Assembly (NCBI GenBank): GCA_964016885.1
Contig: OZ024742.1
Span: forward strand, 211,606,001 to 211,670,000
DNA: 64,000 nt
From: Eledone cirrhosa
Lineage: Eukaryota
Direction of reading: 5' to 3'
Made by a program: the position numbers and the translations under genes
Notes under the pieces: generated by a model
Seen by the model: the letters and a program-made list of their open reading frames with translations, nothing else
What the model was told of the DNA's origin: nothing
The model's database searches: none
In this document: piece after piece, positions 12,071 through 64,000 of the stretch
Position numbering within the stretch: position 1 is the stretch's first letter
How the letters are laid out: each line of letters opens with the position of its first letter

Positions 12071-12928
12071 TCTATATATATAAAACTGAGGTTGTCTGTC
12101 TATGTGTGTGAGTTTGAATCCCTAAAACTAGAGAAGCACCCAACCGACTGTTTTCAAACTTTACACATGTAATACTTATGTTTCAGGGAGTGTTCTGAGC
12201 AAAAATAATTTCAAATTTTCAATGCCCTAGGGACCAATTAGACGATTTAGTGATCTCTCTCTATAATTCTTAGTCGTTCTCTTTTTAGATAGATACATAC
12301 ATATAACGTTGCACCCTTATATCTGTTGGGCTGTCTACATTACGTCACTTCCCTGAAGGTGTGTGTGTGTGTGTGTGTGTGTGTGTTGAGTTTGAATCCC
12401 TAAAACTCAAAGTACCCAACCGATTTTTTTCAAACTTTACATGTGTATTACTTATGTTTCAGGGAGTGATATGAACATAAAATTCAACATTTTGTATCCT
12501 AGGGCCCGCATTAGGTGAAAAACTGTGTTTTTAAAGCTTTTTAGGGTCTTTTTGAGGCGTTACATCAGACCGATTTCCTCGAAATTGTAACTATGTAGTA
12601 GTCAGTTTCTTCTTCATACCGTGAGCAAAGAAAATCCAACTTTTTTATGGCCTAGGGCCTGCATTAGGTGAAAAACTTCATTTTTTTCATCTTTTTAGGG
12701 CCTTTTTGAGGCGTTACGTCTAGCCGATTTTCCCGAAATTTCAAAGCATATTATGCACATAAAAAAAATTAGGTGAAAACCTGCATTTTAAAGATTATCC
12801 ATCCATCAGAGTATTCGGTTTATTTTCTTTACATATTGTCCAGGCATGTAGTTTTTCCATGATTAGGTCTGTTGGCGGCCCGCGTTCCAAAATACCTTAT
12901 CCCGTGCAACGCCGGGTACCACTGTTAG
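12071..12928 (+). mobile_element. Non-autonomous Helitron
   Basis: Inserted between A(12070) and T(12929). 5' end TCTATATATATAAAA. 3' hairpin CCCGTGCAACGCCGGG lies ~8 nt before the terminal TTAG (CTAG variant). Internal direct repeats and (GT)n. Confidence 0.8.
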
Positions 12929-13489
12929 TTTATTTATAAAGCTGAAAACAAATATTGATATATATATATATGTATATCATCATCGTCCTTTTTATGTTGA
13001 ATTTTCCATGATAGCCTGGGTTAGACAGGATTTTTGAGGCAGTTTTACAGTTGGATACCTTTAAAACACACAAGAATACTGTGTACCTCTTCTTAACTGG
13101 ATTCACATCTATATATATATATATATATGATGTGAATCCAGTTATTAACCAAATATTATGTGCATGTGTGTAATAATAATAGTGGTAATGGGTACCTTAT
13201 GTATTTATAATATTGAAAGTACATGTAATAATGTGGGTGTTTTAATAGTTGCAGAAACATTTTATATGATTTATATGGGAAGGCATCCATTTTAGAGTGT
13301 AAATTTAAGTTCTTTTCTACATCTAGCACATGACACTAATTTTCCCTCCTTTTTTGGTGATCTCAAAACCCAATAGTCTCAGATATACTTATAACAGTGA
13401 GAATCTTATTTGAGTTAATAAAAAAAAATGTTAAAGATGTAAATAGTTTACTGTTTTTATATATGATATGTTTACAAAATGATTTCAGT

Positions 13490-14555
13490 TGAAACATTGT
13501 GTCTATGGATGGATGCCATTCCTAACACCAATAATGTTACAGGGTGGACTGGATGCTTTTCTGTTGTGTCACCAACATGATTGCCTTACAGGATGGACTG
13601 GGTGCTTTGTTGTTGTGGCACCATATCAACATACAGAGTGGACCTGGTGTTTTTGTATGTGTCTCATCTGGGTTAACTCCGTCCCCAATCAACTATGCTA
13701 TAACTCTTTCTTCAACCTTCATGACCTAGTCCATCAACTTGATGCCTCTATAGTTTCCTCTGTCTAATGTATCTTCTTTGCTCTTATAGCAGTTGATGCT
13801 GATGCTACTGCTATGCCAGTCATTGAGTATGACACCATTCTGTATTTCTTTACAATATAAGTAATTAAGGTGTGATCCACTATCCCAGATGCTTTCACCA
13901 TCTCGGCAACTATCCCTAATGGTCCATCTGTTTTGCCTCTCTTCATATCATTAATTGCCTTACTACACTGCTGCTGGTTACTCTGTTGGGTTCACTTGGG
14001 GCAGACTATCTTCCCCCCATATATTCTCCTCAGCAGTCTTTCATAATGGCACTTCCATGCTACTTTCTTTCTGGCGTTGGTGATGGAAAGTGTGCCATTA
14101 TCATCTCGGACACATTTTGACCCCACAACATCATGATTTTCCCTGACACGTTGCCTGACATGTTGCCTGACATGCTTCCTTCTTTACAAAGTATACTTGC
14201 CATCTAACTTCTTTCTCAGCTTCCTGGTGGTGTTCTCTGCTTCTGCCATTCTTTCTATGCTTGTCTCTTGGTTTTAATTGTCTCATCCACCTACTATTCC
14301 ACCACTGTCATTCTCATACTTTCTGGAGCTCTGCTCCAGCCACAGGCCTCATTAGTAGATCGTCTTTCAGGAACCCCCCACTGCTCACCTATATTGTATG
14401 TCGCTATTTGTACTTCCTTACTATAAAAGGTGTCGAGCAAAATTCCTCTAAATTTGTATTTGACTGACATGCTCACCTGATCTATAGGTGATCAAGGGGT
14501 TGTCTGGTTTTTTGAAGTTTGTGTTACAGATAAATAGATCATTGGCATTGCAGAA
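13490..14555 (-). mobile_element. Highly decayed RTE LINE fragment (EN end / RT start) ending just upstream of coding exon 1
   Basis: MKRGKTDGPLGIVAEMVKASG, EACGWSR and CNTNFKK...ITYRSGEH remnants. Confidence 0.7.
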
Positions 14556-14649
14556 TGTTTTTTTTTTCCTTTTTTTTTTTAATTCATAGAGTCCATTTGA
14601 TGTTTTTGTAGATCATTGAATTAAAAAGAGAGAAATACAAGCTGCCATA

Positions 14650-63327
<48,678 letters not shown>

Positions 63328-63476
63328 CATGGACAATCTACATAAATTATGAAACTGCAAGTGCCTTCTGGTTTGGTTTCATTATTAGAATTGGCTTGTT
63401 TGCTGAATGAAATGAAATATTAATATTGCTTCCTTCTTAACACAAACATATATGAAATCAAATTGCTTAATTACAA

Positions 63477-63881
63477 AATAAAGTGATTTTACTAGTTTTT
63501 GTAAAAGCTTTGTCACAAGAATTATATTTTAGTTTAAAAAACAAAAAAGACAAAACAAAAACGAGACAATCAAAATAAAATGTAATCAAGAAAATCATTC
63601 AATTGCTTTTTAAAATTGTTTTTCCAGCACTTCATAAAAGTTTAGTTTCTTAAACTTTTTTTTACTGTATTGTGCCTGCCATTCAGAGGAGAGAACTTAT
63701 ATAATAGATTAACATGATTGGCTGACTACAAAAGACTAGCTAAAAGAAATTTTGAGTTCAAACGGAATTTTGCCTTTTTATGAAATATTATTTTGATCTT
63801 GTACCTTTGATAACTTTCTTAAAATGATGTTTATTCAATTCTAAATGCTTTCTAATTTTTAATCTTTTCTATACCAATAAA
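63477..63881 (+). terminator. 3' UTR with candidate polyadenylation signals AATAAA at 63477, 63574 and 63876
   Basis: Hexamers follow the stop codon. Which one is used cannot be determined in such AT-rich sequence. Confidence 0.45.
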
Positions 63882-64000
63882 ATATTTCCTCTATAAGTAT
63901 AACTATAGAGTTGAACCACATCAAGAAAACTACTTTTTTTAATGTACAAACATTAGAATAAATCATAAAGTACATCTAGTCAACTGGAAATTTGTCAATG

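Overview
AT-rich, repeat-dense eukaryotic (metazoan) DNA. The SINE/RTE repertoire looks like an octopus or other coleoid cephalopod, which is an inference. The window holds one complete + strand gene for V-type H+-ATPase V0 subunit a (ATP6V0A / Vph1-Stv1 family). I read 22 GT-AG coding exons by hand from ATG 14650 to TAA 63327; they join in frame to 2526 nt (841 aa) and keep the essential [12 protein letters not shown] arginine motif. A probable non-coding first exon and promoter lie near 480-560, with a CLEAR/M-box-like palindrome. The introns carry several RTE LINE subfamilies, including a near-full-length copy whose ORF has a PHD finger directly after the RT core. They also carry CR1, Expander/Rex3-like and CRE-like LINE remnants, many tRNA-derived SINEs, a non-autonomous Helitron, TTAA- and TA-target MITEs, a 5.2-kb 20/22-bp satellite and several fold-back palindromes. 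The most interesting signals are the PHD-bearing RTE family and two interleaved inverted LINE pairs bracketing exons 14-20 (circRNA/ADAR candidates). Long intronic hairpins and a duplicated 120-bp module at the LINE 5' end are also worth checking. Most entries in the ORF track are spurious (satellite, microsatellite or antisense-LINE frames).
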